In this document: piece by piece, positions 10,343 to 23,531 of the stretch
Position numbering within the stretch: position 1 is the first letter of the stretch
How the letters are laid out: each line of letters starts with the position of its first letter
Assembly (NCBI GenBank): GCA_002189035.1
Contig: NEEC01000494.1
Location: forward strand, 1 to 31,503
Source: Utricularia gibba
Taxonomy: Eukaryota > Plantae > Magnoliophyta
Length of the DNA stretch: 31,503 nt
Direction of reading: 5' to 3'
The notes under the pieces: model-generated
Database searches by the model: none
Told to the model about the DNA's origin: nothing
What the model saw: only the letters and a program-made list of their open reading frames with translations
Translations under genes and position numbers: made by a program

Positions 10343-11882
10343 GACGAAAATCGTGATGCAGTTATTGAAGTTAGGATTCATGAGCACCCAAAATGGTTTT
10401 CTCAACCGCATGCTTTATATTTGAGGAGGCGCTCTCGTGGGGCAACGGTATCGAGTAGGAGGTCGAGTCGAGCTCGGGCCCATAGTCATTTGTAGCTCGG
10501 CAAAAAACTTGATGCATTTATTAACGTTGGTTTTAATAGGCTGCCTACATTGTTTTTCTCAAGGAAAAGCTTGTCGTTTTGGCGGGTGATGTCGTTGGGA
10601 ACTTCGTTCTGACCAAGGTTCGGTCTGACTCCTTTGCCACATCGGGTCCTACTCGACGAAAATCGTGATGCAGTTATTGAAGTTAGGATTTCATGAGCAC
10701 CCAAAATGGTTTTCTCAACCGCATGCTTTATATTTGATAAGGCTCTCGTGGGGCAACGGTATCGAGCAGGGTCGAGTCGAGCTCGGGCCCAGAGTCATTT
10801 GTAGCCGGCAAAAAATTGATGCATTTATTAACGTTGGTTTTAATAGCTGCCTACATGTTTCTCAAGGAAAAGCTTGTCGTTTCTGGCGGGTGATGTCGTT
10901 GGAACTTCGTTCTGACCCAAGGTTCGGTCTGACTCCTTTGCCAAATCGGTCCTACTCGACGAAAATCGTGATGCAGTTATTGAAGTTAGGATTCATGAGC
11001 ACCCAAAATGGTTTTCTCAACGCATGCTTTATATTTGATAAGGCCTCTCGTGGGGCAACGGTATCGAGCAGGAGGTCGAGTCGAGCTCGGGCCCATAGTC
11101 ATTTGTAGCTCGGCAAAAAATTGATGCATTTATTAACGTTGGTTTAATAGGCTGCCTACATGTTTTCTCAAGGAAAAGCTTGTCGTTTCTGGCGGGTGAT
11201 GTCTTTTGGAACTTCGTTCTGACCCAAGGTTCGCTGACTCCTTTGCCACATCGGGTCCTACTCGACGAAAATCGTGATGCAGTTATTGAAGTTAGGATTC
11301 ATGAGCACCAAAATGGTTTTCTCAACCGCATGCTTTATATTTGATAAGGCGCTCTCGTGGGGCAACGGTATCGAGCAGGAGGTCGAGTCGAGCTCGGGCC
11401 CAGAGTCATTTGTAGCCGGCAAAAAACTTGATGCATTTATTAACGTTGGTTTTAATAGGCTGCCTACATGTTTTCTCAAGGAAAAGCTTGTCGTTTCTGG
11501 CGGGTGATGTCGTTGGGAACTTCGTTCTGACCCAAGGTTCGTCTGACTCCTTTGCCACATCGGGTCCTACTCGACGAAAATCGTGATGCAGTTATTGAAG
11601 TTAGGATTTCATGAGCACCCAAAATGGTTTTCTCAACCGCATGCTTTATATTTGATAAGGCGCTCTCGTGGGGCAACGGTATCGAGTAGGAGGTCGAGTC
11701 GAGCTCGGGCCCATAGTCATTTGTAGCTCGGCAAAAAACTTGATGCATTTATTAACGTTGGGTTTTATAGGCTGCCTACATGTTTTCTCAAGGAAAAGCT
11801 TGTCGTTTCTGGGCGGGTGATGTCGTTGGGAACTTCGTTCTGACCAAGGTTCGGTCTGACTCCTTTGCCATCGGTCCTACTC

Positions 11883-13115
11883 GACGAAAATCGTGATGCA
11901 GTTATTGAAGTTAGGATTCATGAGCACCCAAAATGGTTTTCTCAACGCATGCTTTATATTTGATAAGGCCTCTCGTGGGGCAACGGTATCGAGCAGGAGG
12001 TCGAGTCGAGCTCGGGCCCATAGTCATTTGTAGCTCGGCAAAAAACTTGATGCATTTATTAACGTTGGTTTTAATAGGCTGCCTCAATGGTTTTCTCAAG
12101 GAAAAGCTTGTCGTTTTTGGGCGGGTGATGTCGTTGTGAACTTCGTTCTGACCCAAGGTTCGGTCTGTCTCCTTTGCCAATCGGTCCTACTCGACGAAAA
12201 TCGTGATGCAGTTATTGAAGTTAGGATTTCATGAGCACCCAAAATGCTTTTTCTCAATCGCATGCTTTGTATTTGAGGAGGCGCTCTCGTGGGGCAACGG
12301 TATCGGCAAAAGGTCGAGTCGAGCTCGCCCAGAGTCATTTTAGCCCGCAAAAAAATTGATGCATTTATTAACGTTGGGTTTTAATAGGCTGCCTACATGG
12401 TTTCTCAAGGAAAAGCTTGTCGTTTCTGGGCGGGTGATGTCTTTTGGAACTTCGTTCTGACCAAGGTTCGGTCTGACTCCTTTGCCACATCGGGTCCTAC
12501 TCGACGAAAATCGTGATGCAGTTATTGAAGTTAGGATTTCATGAGCACCCAAAATGGTTTTCTCAACCGCATGCTTTATATTTGATAAGGTGCTCTCGTG
12601 GGCAACGGTATCGAGTAGGAGGTCGAGTCGAGCTCGGGCCCATAGTCATTTGTAGCTCGGCAAAAAACTTGATGCATTTATTAACGGTTGGTTTTAATAG
12701 GCTGCCTCATGTTTTTTCAAGGAAAAGCTTGTCGTTTTTGGGCGGGTGATGTCGTTGTGAACTTCGTTCTGACCCAAGGTTCGGTCTGTCTCCTTTGCCA
12801 AATCGGTCCTACTCGACGAAAATCGTGATGCAGTTATTGAAGTTAGGATTTCATGAGCACCCAAAATGGTTTTCAACGCATGCTTTGTATTGAGGAGGCG
12901 CTCTCGTGGGGCAACGGTATCGGCAAAAGGTCGAGTCGGGCTCGCCCAGAGTCATTTTTAGCCGCAAAAAAATGATGCATTTATTAACGTTGGGTTTAAT
13001 AGGCTGCCTACATGGTTTCTCAAGGAAAAGCTTGTCGTTTCTGGCGGGTGATGTCTTTTGGAACTTCGTTCTGACCATAGGTTCGGTCTGTCCTTTGCCA
13101 CATCGGGTCCTACTC
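11883..13115. repeat. Higher-order dimer tract (X-Y)2
   Basis: X at 11883 and 12503, Y at 12193 and 12815; periods 620 and 622 bp. Confidence 0.85.
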
Positions 13116-16100
13116 GACGAAAATCGTGATGCAGTTATTGAAGTTAGGATTCATGAGCACCCAAAATGGTTTTCTCAACCGCATGCTTTATATTTGATAA
13201 GGCACTCTCGTGGGGCAACGGTATCGAGCAGGAGGTCGAGTCGAGCTCGGGCCCAGAGTCATTTGTAGCCCGGCAAAAAAATTGATGCATTTATTAACGT
13301 TCGGTTTATTAGGCTGCCTACATAGTTTCTCAAGGAAAAGCTTGTCGTTTCTGGGCGGGTGATGTCTTTGGAACTTCGTTCTGACCAAGGTTCGGTCTGA
13401 CTCCTTTGCCACATCGGTCCTACTCGACGAAAATCGTGATGCAGTTATTGAAGTTAGGATTCATGAGCACCCAAAATGGTTTTCTCAACCGCATGCTTTA
13501 TATTTGATAAGGCTCTCGTGGGGCAACGGTATCGAGTAGGAGGTCGAGTCGAGCTCGGGCCCATAGTCATTTGTAGCTCGGCAAAAAACTTGATGCATTT
13601 ATTAACGTTGGTTTAATAGGCTACATGTTTTTCTCAAGGAAAAGCTTGTCGTTTCTGGGCGGGTGATGTCGTTGGGAACTTCGTTCTGACCCAAGGTTCG
13701 GTCTGACTCCTTTGCCACATCGGGTCCTACTCGACGAAATCGTGATGCAGTTATTGAAGTTAGGATTTCATGAGCACCCAAAATGGTTTTCTCAACCGCA
13801 TGCTTTATATTTGATAAGGTGCTCTCGTGGGGCAACGGTATCGAGTAGGAGGTCGAGTCGAGCTCGGCCCAGAGTCATTTGTAGCTCGGCAAAAAATTGA
13901 TGCATTTATTAACGTTGGTTTTAATAGGCCTACATGTTTTCTCAAGGAAAAGCTTGTCGTTTCTGGGGGTGATGTCGTTGGAACTTCGTTCTGACCAAGG
14001 TTCGGTCTGACTCCTTTGCCAATCGGTCCTACTCGACGAAAATCGTGATGCAGTTATTGAAGTTAGGATCATGAGCACCCAAAATGGTTTTCTCAACCGC
14101 ATGCTTTATATTTGATAAGGCACTCTCGTGGGGCAACGGTATCGAGCAGGAGGTCGAGTCGAGCTCGGGCCCATAGTCATTTGTAGCTCGGCAAAAAACT
14201 TGATGCATTTATTAACGTTGGTTTTAATAGGCGCCTAATGGTTTTCTCAAGGAAAAGCTTGTCGTTTTTGGGCGGTGATGTCGTTGTGAACTTCGTTCTG
14301 ACCAAGGTTCGGTCTGACTCCTTTGCCACATCGGGTCCTACTCGACGAAAATCGTGATGCAGTTATTGAAGTTAGGATTTCATGAGCACCCAAAATGGTT
14401 TTCTCAACCGCATGCTTTTATTTGATAAGGCACTCTCGTGGGGCAACGGTATCGAGCAGGAGGTCGAGTCGAGCTCGGGCCAGAGTCATTTGTAGCCCGG
14501 CAAAAAAATTGATGCATTTATTAACGTTGGTTTAATAGGCTGCCTACAAGTTTCTCAAGGAAAAGCTTGTCGTTTCTGGGCGGGTGATGTCTTTTGGAAC
14601 TTCGTTCTGACCATAGGTTCGGTCTGACTCCTTTGCCACATCGGGTCCTACTCGACGAAAATCGTGATGCAGTTATTGAAGTTAGGATATCATGAGCACC
14701 CAAAATGGTTTTCTCAACCGCATGCTTTATATTTGATAAGGCACTCTCGTGGGGCAACGGTATCGAGCAGGAGGTCGAGTCGAGCTCGGCCCAGAGTCAT
14801 TTGTAGCCCGGCAAAAAAATTGATGCATTTATTAACGTTCGGTTTATTAGGCTGCCTACATAGTTTCTCAAGGAAAAGCTTGTCGTTTCTGGCGGGTGAT
14901 GTCTTGGAACTTCGTTCTGACCATAGGTTCGGTCTGACTCCTTTGCCACATCGGGTCCTACTCGACGAAAATCGTGATGCAGTTATTGAAGTTAGGATAT
15001 CATGAGCACCCAAAATGGTTTTCTCAACCGCATGCTTTATATTGATAAGGCACTCTCGTGGGGCAACGGTATCGAGCAGGAGGTCGAGTCGAGCTCGGTC
15101 CCAGAGTCATTTGTAGCCCGGCAAAAAATTGATGCATTTATTAACGTTCGGTTTTATTAGGCTGCCTACATAGTTTTCTCAAGGAAAAGCTTGTCGTTTC
15201 TGGGCGGGTGATGTCTTTTGGAACTTCGTTCTGACCATAGGTTCGGTCTGACTCCTTTGCCACATCGGGTCCTACTCGACGAAAATCGTGATGCAGTTAT
15301 TGAAGTTAGGATTTCATGAGCACCCAAAATGGTTTTCTCAACCGCATGCTTTATATTTGATAAGGTGCTCTCGTGGGGCAACGGTATCGAGTAGGAGGTC
15401 GAGTCGAGCTCGGGCCCATAGTCATTTGTAGCTCGGCAAAAAACTTGATGCATTTATTAACGGTTGGTTTTAATAGGCTGCCTCAATGGTTTTCTCAAGG
15501 AAAAGCTTGTCGTTTTTGGGCGGGTGATGTCGTTTGAACTTCGTTCTGACCAAGGTTCGGTCTGACTCCTTTGCCACATCTGGTCCTACTCGACGAAAAT
15601 CGTGATGCAGTTATTGAAGTTAGGATTTCATGAGCACCCAAAATGGTTTTCTCAACCGCATGCTTTATATTTGATAAGGCGCTCTCGTGGGGCAACGGTA
15701 TCGAGCAGGAGGTCGAGTCGAGCTCGGGCCCAGAGTCATTTGTAGCCGGCAAAAAAATTGATGCATTTATTAACGTTGGTTTATAGGCTGCCTACATGGT
15801 TTCTCAAGGAAAAGCTTGTCGTTTCTGGGCGGGTGATGTCTTTGGAACTTCGTTCTGACCAAGGTTCGGTCTGACTCCTTTGCCACATCGGGTCCTACTC
15901 GACGAAAATCGTGATGCAGTTATTGAAGTTAGGATTCATGAGCACCCAAAATGGTTTTCTCAACCGCATGCTTTATATTTGATAAGGCACTCTCGTGGGG
16001 CAACGGTATCGAGCAGGAGGTCGAGTCGAGCTCGGCCAGAGTCATTTGTAGCCCGGCAAAAAAATTGATGCATTTATTAACGTTGGTTTATAGGCTGCCT

Positions 16101-18055
16101 ACATAGTTTCTCAAGGAAAAGCTTGTCGTTTCTGGGGGTGATGTCTTTGGAACTTCGTTCTGACCAAGGTTCGGTCTGACTCCTTTGCCACATCGGGTCC
16201 TACTCGACGAAAATCGTGATGCAGTTATTGAAGTTAGGATTCATGAGCACCCAAAATGGTTTTCTCAACCGCATGCTTTATATTTGATAAGGCGCTCTCG
16301 TGGGGCAACGGTATCGAGCAGGAGGTCGAGTCGAGCTCGGCCCAGAGTCATTTGTAGCCCGGCAAAAAAATTGATGCATTTATTAACGTTGGTTTTATAG
16401 GCTGCCTACATAGTTTCTCAAGGAAAAGCTTGTCGTTTCTGGGCGGGTGATGTCTTTTGGAACTTCGTTCTGACCAAGGTTCGGTCTGACTCCTTTGCCA
16501 CATCGGGTCCTACTCGACGAAAATCGTGATGCAGTTATTGAAGTTAGGATTCATGAGCACCCAAAATGGTTTTCTCAACCGCATGCTTATATTTGATAAG
16601 GCGCTCTCGTGGGGCAACGGTATCGAGCAGGAGGTCGAGTCGAGCTCGGCCCAGAGTCATTTGTAGCTCGGCAAAAAAATTGATGCATTTATTAACGTTG
16701 GTTTTAATAGGCTGCCTACATGGTTTCTCAAGGAAAAGCTTGTCGTTTCTGGGCGGGTGATGTCTTTGGAACTTCGTTCTGACCAAGGTTCGGTCTGACT
16801 CCTTTGCCACATCGGTCCTACTCGACGAAAATCGTGATGCAGTTATTGAAGTTAGGATTCATGAGCACCCAAAATGTTTTCTCAACCGCATGCTTTATAT
16901 TTGATAAGGCGCTCTCGTGGGGCAACGGTATCGAGCAGGAGGTCGAGTCGAGCTCGGGCCCAGAGTCATTTGTAGCCCGGCAAAAAAATTGATGCATTTA
17001 TTAACGTTGGTTTTAATAGGCTGCCTACATGGTTTTCTCAAGGAAAAGCTTGTCGTTTCTGGCGGGTGATGTCTTTTGGAACTTCGTTCTGACCATAGGT
17101 TCGGTCTGACTCCTTTGCCACATCGGGTCCTACTCGACGAAAATCGTGATGCAGTTATTGAAGTTAGGATTCATGAGCACCCAAAATGGTTTTCTCAACC
17201 GCATGCTTTATATTTGATAAGGCGCTCTCGTGGGGCAACGGTATCGAGCAGGAGGTCGAGTCGAGCTCGGCCCAGAGTCATTTGTAGCTCGGCAAAAAAA
17301 TTGATGCATTTATTAACGTTGGTTTTAATAGGCTGCCTACATGGTTTCTCAAGGAAAAGCTTGTCGTTTTGGGCGGGTGATGTCTTTTGGAACTTCGTTC
17401 TGACCAAGGTTCGGTCTGACTCCTTTGCCACATCGGGTCCTACTCGACGAAAATCGTGATGCAGTTATTGAAGTTAGGATTCATGAGCACCCAAAATGGT
17501 TTTCTCAACCGCATGCTTTATATTTGATAAGGCACTCTCGTGGGCAACGGTATCGAGCAGGAGGTCGAGTCGAGCTCGGCCCAGAGTCATTTGTAGCCCG
17601 GCAAAAAATTGATGCATTTATTAACGTTGGCTTTAATAGGCTGCCTACATAGTTTCTCAAGGAAAAGCTTGTCGTTTCTGGGCGGGTGATGTCGTTGGAA
17701 CTTCGTTCTGACCAAGGTTCGTCTGACTCCTTTGCCACATCGGGTCCTACTCGACGAAAATCGTGATGCAGTTATTGAAGTTAGGATTCATGAGCACCCA
17801 AAATGGTTTTCTCAACCGCATGCTTTATATTTAAGGCGCTCTCGTGGGGCAACGGTATCGAGCAGGAGGTCGAGTCGAGCTCGGGCCCAGAGTCATTTGT
17901 AGCCCGGCAAAAAAAATTGATGCATTATTAACGTTTTTAATAGGCTGCCTACATGTTTCTCAAGGAAAAGCTTGTCGTTTTTGCGGGTGATGTCGTTGGA
18001 ACTTCGTTCTGACCCAAGGTTCGGTCTGACTCCTTTGCCACATCGGGTCCTACTC

Positions 18056-21000
18056 GACGAAAATCGTGATGCAGTTATTGAAGTTAGGATTTCATGAGCA
18101 CCCAAAATGGTTTTCTCAACCGCATGCTTTATATTTGAGGAGGCGCTCTCGTGGGGCAACGGTATCGAGCAAAGGTCGAGTCGAGCTCGGCCCAGAGTCA
18201 TTTGTAGCCCGGCAAAAAATTGATGCATTTATTAACGTTGGTTTTAATTAGGCTGCCTACATGGTTTCTCAAGGAAAAGCTTGTCGTTTCTGGGCGGGTG
18301 ATGTCGTTGGAACTTCGTTCTGACCAAGGTTCGGTCTGACTCCTTTGCCAATCGGGTCCTACTCGACGAAAATCGTGATGCAGTTATTGAAGTTAGGATT
18401 CATGAGCACCCAAAATGGTTTTCTCAACCGCATGCTTTATATTTGAGGAGGCGCTCTCGTGGGCAACGGTATCGAGCAGGAGGTCGAGTCGAGCTCGGGC
18501 CCATAGTCATTTGTAGCTCAAAAAATTGATGCATTTATTAACGTTGGGTTTTATAGCTGCCTACATTGTTTCTCAAGGAAAAGCTTGTCGTTTCTGGCGG
18601 GTGATGTCGTTGGAACTTCGTTCTGACCCAAGGTTCGGTCTGACTCCTTTGCCACATCGGGTCCTACTCGACGAAAATCGTGATGCAGTTATTGAAGTTA
18701 GGATTCATGAGCACCCAAAATGGTTTTCTCAACCGCATGCTTTATATTTGATAAGGCTCTCGTGGGGCAACGGTATCGAGCAGGAGTCGAGTCGAGCTCG
18801 GGCCCAGAGTCATTTGTAGCCCGGCAAAAAAATTGATGCATTTATTAACGTTGGTTTATTAGGCTGCCTACATGGTTTCTCAAGGAAAAGCTTGTCGTTT
18901 CTGGCGGGTGATGTCGTTGGGAACTTCGTTCTGACCCAAGGTTCGGTCTGACTCCTTTGCCACATCGGGTCCTACTCGACGAAAATCGTGATGCAGTTAT
19001 TGAAGTTAGGATTCATGAGCACCCAAAATGTTTTCTCAACCGCATGCTTTATATTTGATAAGGCGCTCTCGTGGGGCAACGGTATCGAGCAGGAGGTCGA
19101 GTCGAGCTCGGGCCCAGAGTCATTTGTAGCCGGCAAAAAACTTGATGCATTTATTAACGTTGGTTTTAATAGCTGCCTACATTGTTTTCTCAAGGAAAAG
19201 CTTGTCGTTTCTGGCGGGTGATGTCGTTGGAACTTCGTTCTGACCCAAGGTTCGGTCTGACTCCTTTGCCACATCGGGTCCTACTCGACGAAAATCGTGA
19301 TGCAGTTATTGAAGTTAGGATTTCATGAGCACCCAAAATGGTTTTCTCAACCGCATGCTTTATATTTGATAAGGCTCTCGTGGGGCAACGGTATCGAGTA
19401 GGAGGTCGAGTCGAGCTCGGGCCCATAGTCATTTGTAGCTCGGCAAAAAACTTGATGCATTTATTAACGTTGGTTTTAATAGGCTGCCTCAATGGTTTCT
19501 CAAGGAAAAGCTTGTCGTTTTTGGGCGGGTGATGTCGTTGGAACTTCGTTCTGACCAAGGTTCGGTCTGACTCCTTTGCCAAATCTGGTCCTACTCGACG
19601 AAAATCGTGATGCAGTTATTGAAGTTAGGATTTCATGAGCACCCAAAATGGTTTTCTCAACCGCATGCTTTATATTTGATAAGGCTCTCGTGGGGCAACG
19701 GTATCGAGCAGGAGGTCGAGTCGAGCTCGGGCCCAGAGTCATTTGTAGCCCGGCAAAAAAAATTGATGCATTTATTAACGTTCGGTTTTAATAGGCTGCC
19801 TACATGGTTTCTCAAGGAAAAGCTTGTCGTTTCTGGGCGGGTGATGTCTTTTGGAACTTCGTTCTGACCATAGGTTCGGTCTGACTCCTTTGCCACATCG
19901 GGTCCTACTCGACGAAAATCGTGATGCAGTTATTGAAGTTAGGATATCATGAGCACCCAAAATGGTTTTCTCAACCGCATGCTTTATATTTGATAAGGCA
20001 CTCTCGTGGGGCAACGGTATCGAGCAGGAGGTCGAGTCGAGCTCGGCCCAGAGTCATTTGTAGCCCGGCAAAAAAATTGATGCATTTATTAACGTTCGGC
20101 TTTATTAGGCTGCCTACATAGTTTCTCAAGGAAAAGCTTGTCGTTTCTGGGCGGGTGATGTCTTTTGGAACTTCGTTCTGACCATAGGTTCGGTCTGACT
20201 CCTTTGCCACATCGGGTCCTACTCGACGAAAATCGTGATGCAGTTATTGAAGTTAGGATTCATGAGCACCCAAAATGGTTTTCTCAACCGCATGCTTTAT
20301 ATTTGATAAGGTGCTCTCGGGGCAACGGTATCGAGTAGGAGGTCGAGTCGAGCTCGGGCCCATAGTCATTTGTAGCTCGGCAAAAAACTTGATGCATTTA
20401 TTAACGGTTGGTTTTAATAGGCTGCCTAAATGGTTTTCTCAAGGAAAAGCTTGTCGTTTTTGGCGGGGATGTCTTTTGGAACTTCGTTCTGACCAAGGTT
20501 CGGTCTGACTCCTTTGCCACATCGGGTCCTACTCGACGAAAATCGTGATGCAGTTATTGAAGTTAGGATTTCATGAGCACCCAAAATGGTTTTCTCAACC
20601 GCATGCTTTATATTTGATAAGGCGCTCTCGTGGGGCAACGGTATCGAGCAGGAGGTCGAGTCGAGCTCGGGCCCAGAGTCATTTGTAGCCGGCAAAAAAT
20701 TGATGCATTTATTAACGTTGGTTTTAATAGGCTGCCTACATGGTTTCTCAAGGAAAAGCTTGTCGTTTCTGGGCGGGTGATGTCTTTTGGAACTTCGTTC
20801 TGACCATAGGTTCGGTCTGACTCCTTTGCCACATCGGGTCCTACTCGACGAAAATCGTGATGCAGTTATTGAAGTTAGGATTTCATGAGCACCCAAAATG
20901 GTTTTCTCAACCGCATGCTTTATATTTGATAAGGCAGGGCAACGGTATCGAGCAGGAGGTCGAGTCGAGCTCGGCCCAGAGTCATTTGTAGCCCGGCAAA

Positions 21001-23531
21001 AAAATTGATGCATTTATTAACGTTGGCTTTATAGGCTGCCTACATAGTTTCTCAAGGAAAAGCTTGTCGTTTCTGGGCGGGTGATGTCTTTTGGAACTTC
21101 GTTCTGACCAAGGTTCGGTCTGACTCCTTTGCCACATCGGGTCCTACTCGACGAAAATCGTGATGCAGTTTGAAGTTAGGATTTCATGAGCACCCAAATG
21201 GTTTTCTCAACCGCATGCTTTATATTTGATAAGGCACTCTCGTGGGGCAACGGTATCGAGCAGAGGTCGAGTCGAGCTCGTCCCAGAGTCATTTGTAGCC
21301 GGCAAAAAAATTGATGCATTTATTAACGTTGGCTTTATTAGGCTGCCTACATAGTTTCTCAAGGAAAAGCTTGTCGTTTCTGGGCATGTCTTGGAACTTC
21401 GTTCTCAGGTTCGGTCTGACTCCTTTGCCACATCGGGTCCTACTCGACGAAAATCGTGATGCAGTTATTGAAGTTAGGATTCATGAGCACCCAAAATGGT
21501 TTTCTCAACCGCATGCTTTATATTTGATAAGGCACTCTCGTGGGGCAACGGTATCGAGCAGGAGGTCGAGTCGAGCTCGGGCCCAGAGTCATTTGTAGCC
21601 CGGCAAAAAAATTGATGCATTTATTAACGTTGGCTTTAATAGGCTGCCTACATAGTTCTCAAGGAAAAGCTTGTCGTTTCTGGCGGGTGATGTCGTTGGA
21701 ACTTCGTTCTGACCAAGGTTCGGTCTGACTCCTTTGCCACATCGGGTCCTACTCGACGAAAATCGTGATGCAGTTATTGAAGTTAGGATTCATGAGCACC
21801 CAAAATCAACCGCATGCTTTTATTTAGGCGCTCTAGTGGGGCACGGTATCGAGAGGTCGAGTCGCTCGCCCAGAGTCATTTGTAGCCCGGCAAAAAATTG
21901 ATGCATTTATTAACGTTGGTTTTATTAGGCTGCCTACATGGTTTCTCAAGGAAAAGCTTGTCGTTTCTGGGCGGGTGATGTCGTTGGAACTTCGTTCTGA
22001 CCCAAGGTTCGGTCTGACTCCTTTGCCACATCGGGTCCTACTCGACGAAAATCGTGATGCAGTTATTGAAGTTAGGATTCATGAGCACCCAAAATTCTCA
22101 ACCGCATGCTTTATATTTGATAAGGCGCTCTCGTGGGCAACGGTATCGAAGGAGGTCGAGTCGAGCTCGGGCCCATAGTCATTTGTAGCTCGGCAAAAAA
22201 TTGATGCATTTATTAACGTTGGTTTTAATAGCTGCCTACATTGTTTTCTCAAGGAAAAGCTTGTCGTTTCTGGCGGGTGATGTCGTTGGGAACTTCGTTC
22301 TGACCCAAGGTTCGGTCTGACTCCTTTGCCACATCGGGTCCTACTCGACGAAAATCGTGATGCAGTTATTGAAGTTAGGATTCATGAGCACCCAAAATGG
22401 TTTTCTCAACCGCATGCTTTATATTTGATAAGGCTCTCGTGGGGCAACGGTATCGAGCAGGAGGTCGAGTCGAGCTCGGGCCCAGAGTCATTTGTAGCCC
22501 GCAAAAAATTGATGCATTTATTAACGTTGGTTTTAATAGGCTGCCTACAATCGCTTGTCGTTTCTGGCGGGTGATGTCGTTGGAACTTCGTTCTGACCAA
22601 GGTTCTGACTCCTTTGCCACATCGGGTCCTACTCGACGAAAATCGTGATGCAGTTATTGAAGTTAGGATTTCATGAGCACCCAAAATGGTTTTCTCAACC
22701 GCATGCTTTTATATTTGAGGAGGCGCTCGTGGGGCAACGGTATCGAGTAGGAGTCGAGGCTGGCCCAGAGTCATTTGTAGCCGGCAAAATTGATGCATTT
22801 ATTAACGTTGGGTTTTAATAGCTGCCTACATGTTTCTCAAGGAAAAGCTTGTCGTTTCTGGCGGGTGATGTCGTTGGAACTTCGTTCTGACCAAGGTTCG
22901 GTCTGACTCCTTTGCCACATCGGGTCCTACTCGACGAAAATCGTGATGCAGTTATTGAAGTTAGGATTTCATGAGCACCCAAAATGGTTTTCAACCGCAT
23001 GCTTTATATTTGATAAGGTGCTCTCGTGGGGCAACGGTATCGAAGGAGGTCGAGTCGAGCTCGGGCCCATAGTCATTTGTAGCTCGGCAAAAAACTTGAT
23101 GCATTTATTAACGTTGGTTTTAATAGGCTGCCTAATGGTTTTCTCAAGGAAAAGCTTGTCGTTTTTGGCGGGTGATGTCGTTGGAACTTCGTTCTGACCC
23201 AAGGTTCGGTCTGACTCCTTTGCCAATCTGGTCCTACTCGACGAAAATCGTGATGCAGTTATTGAAGTTAGGATTTCATGAGCACCCAAAATGTTTTTTC
23301 AATCGCATGCTTTATATTTGATAAGGCGCTCTCGTGGGGCAACGGTATCGAGCAGGAGGTCGAGCTCGGGCCCAGAGTCATTTGTAGCCGGCAAAAAAAT
23401 TGATGCATTTATTAACGTTCGGTTTAATAGGCTGCCTACATGTTTCTCAAGGAAAATGGCGGGTGATGTCTTTTGGAACTTCGTTCTGACCAAGGTTCGG
23501 TCTGACTCCTTTGCCACATCGGGTCCTACTC
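18056..23531. repeat. Duplicated 6-monomer block: 18056-19910 matches 21755-23531 (12-monomer offset, ~3.65-3.7 kb)
   Basis: Both blocks run Y-like, TAGCTG/CATTG monomer, GGCTCTC monomer, GCCGG/TAGCTG monomer, X ending in ATCTGG, then a GTTCGG monomer. Confidence 0.65.

Larger units (their letters stand above)
8803..14343. repeat. Duplicated ~8-monomer block: 8803-11263 matches 11883-14343 (10-monomer offset, ~3.08 kb)
   Basis: The order of monomer classes and several private variants match monomer by monomer at offsets of 3077-3090 bp. Confidence 0.7.
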
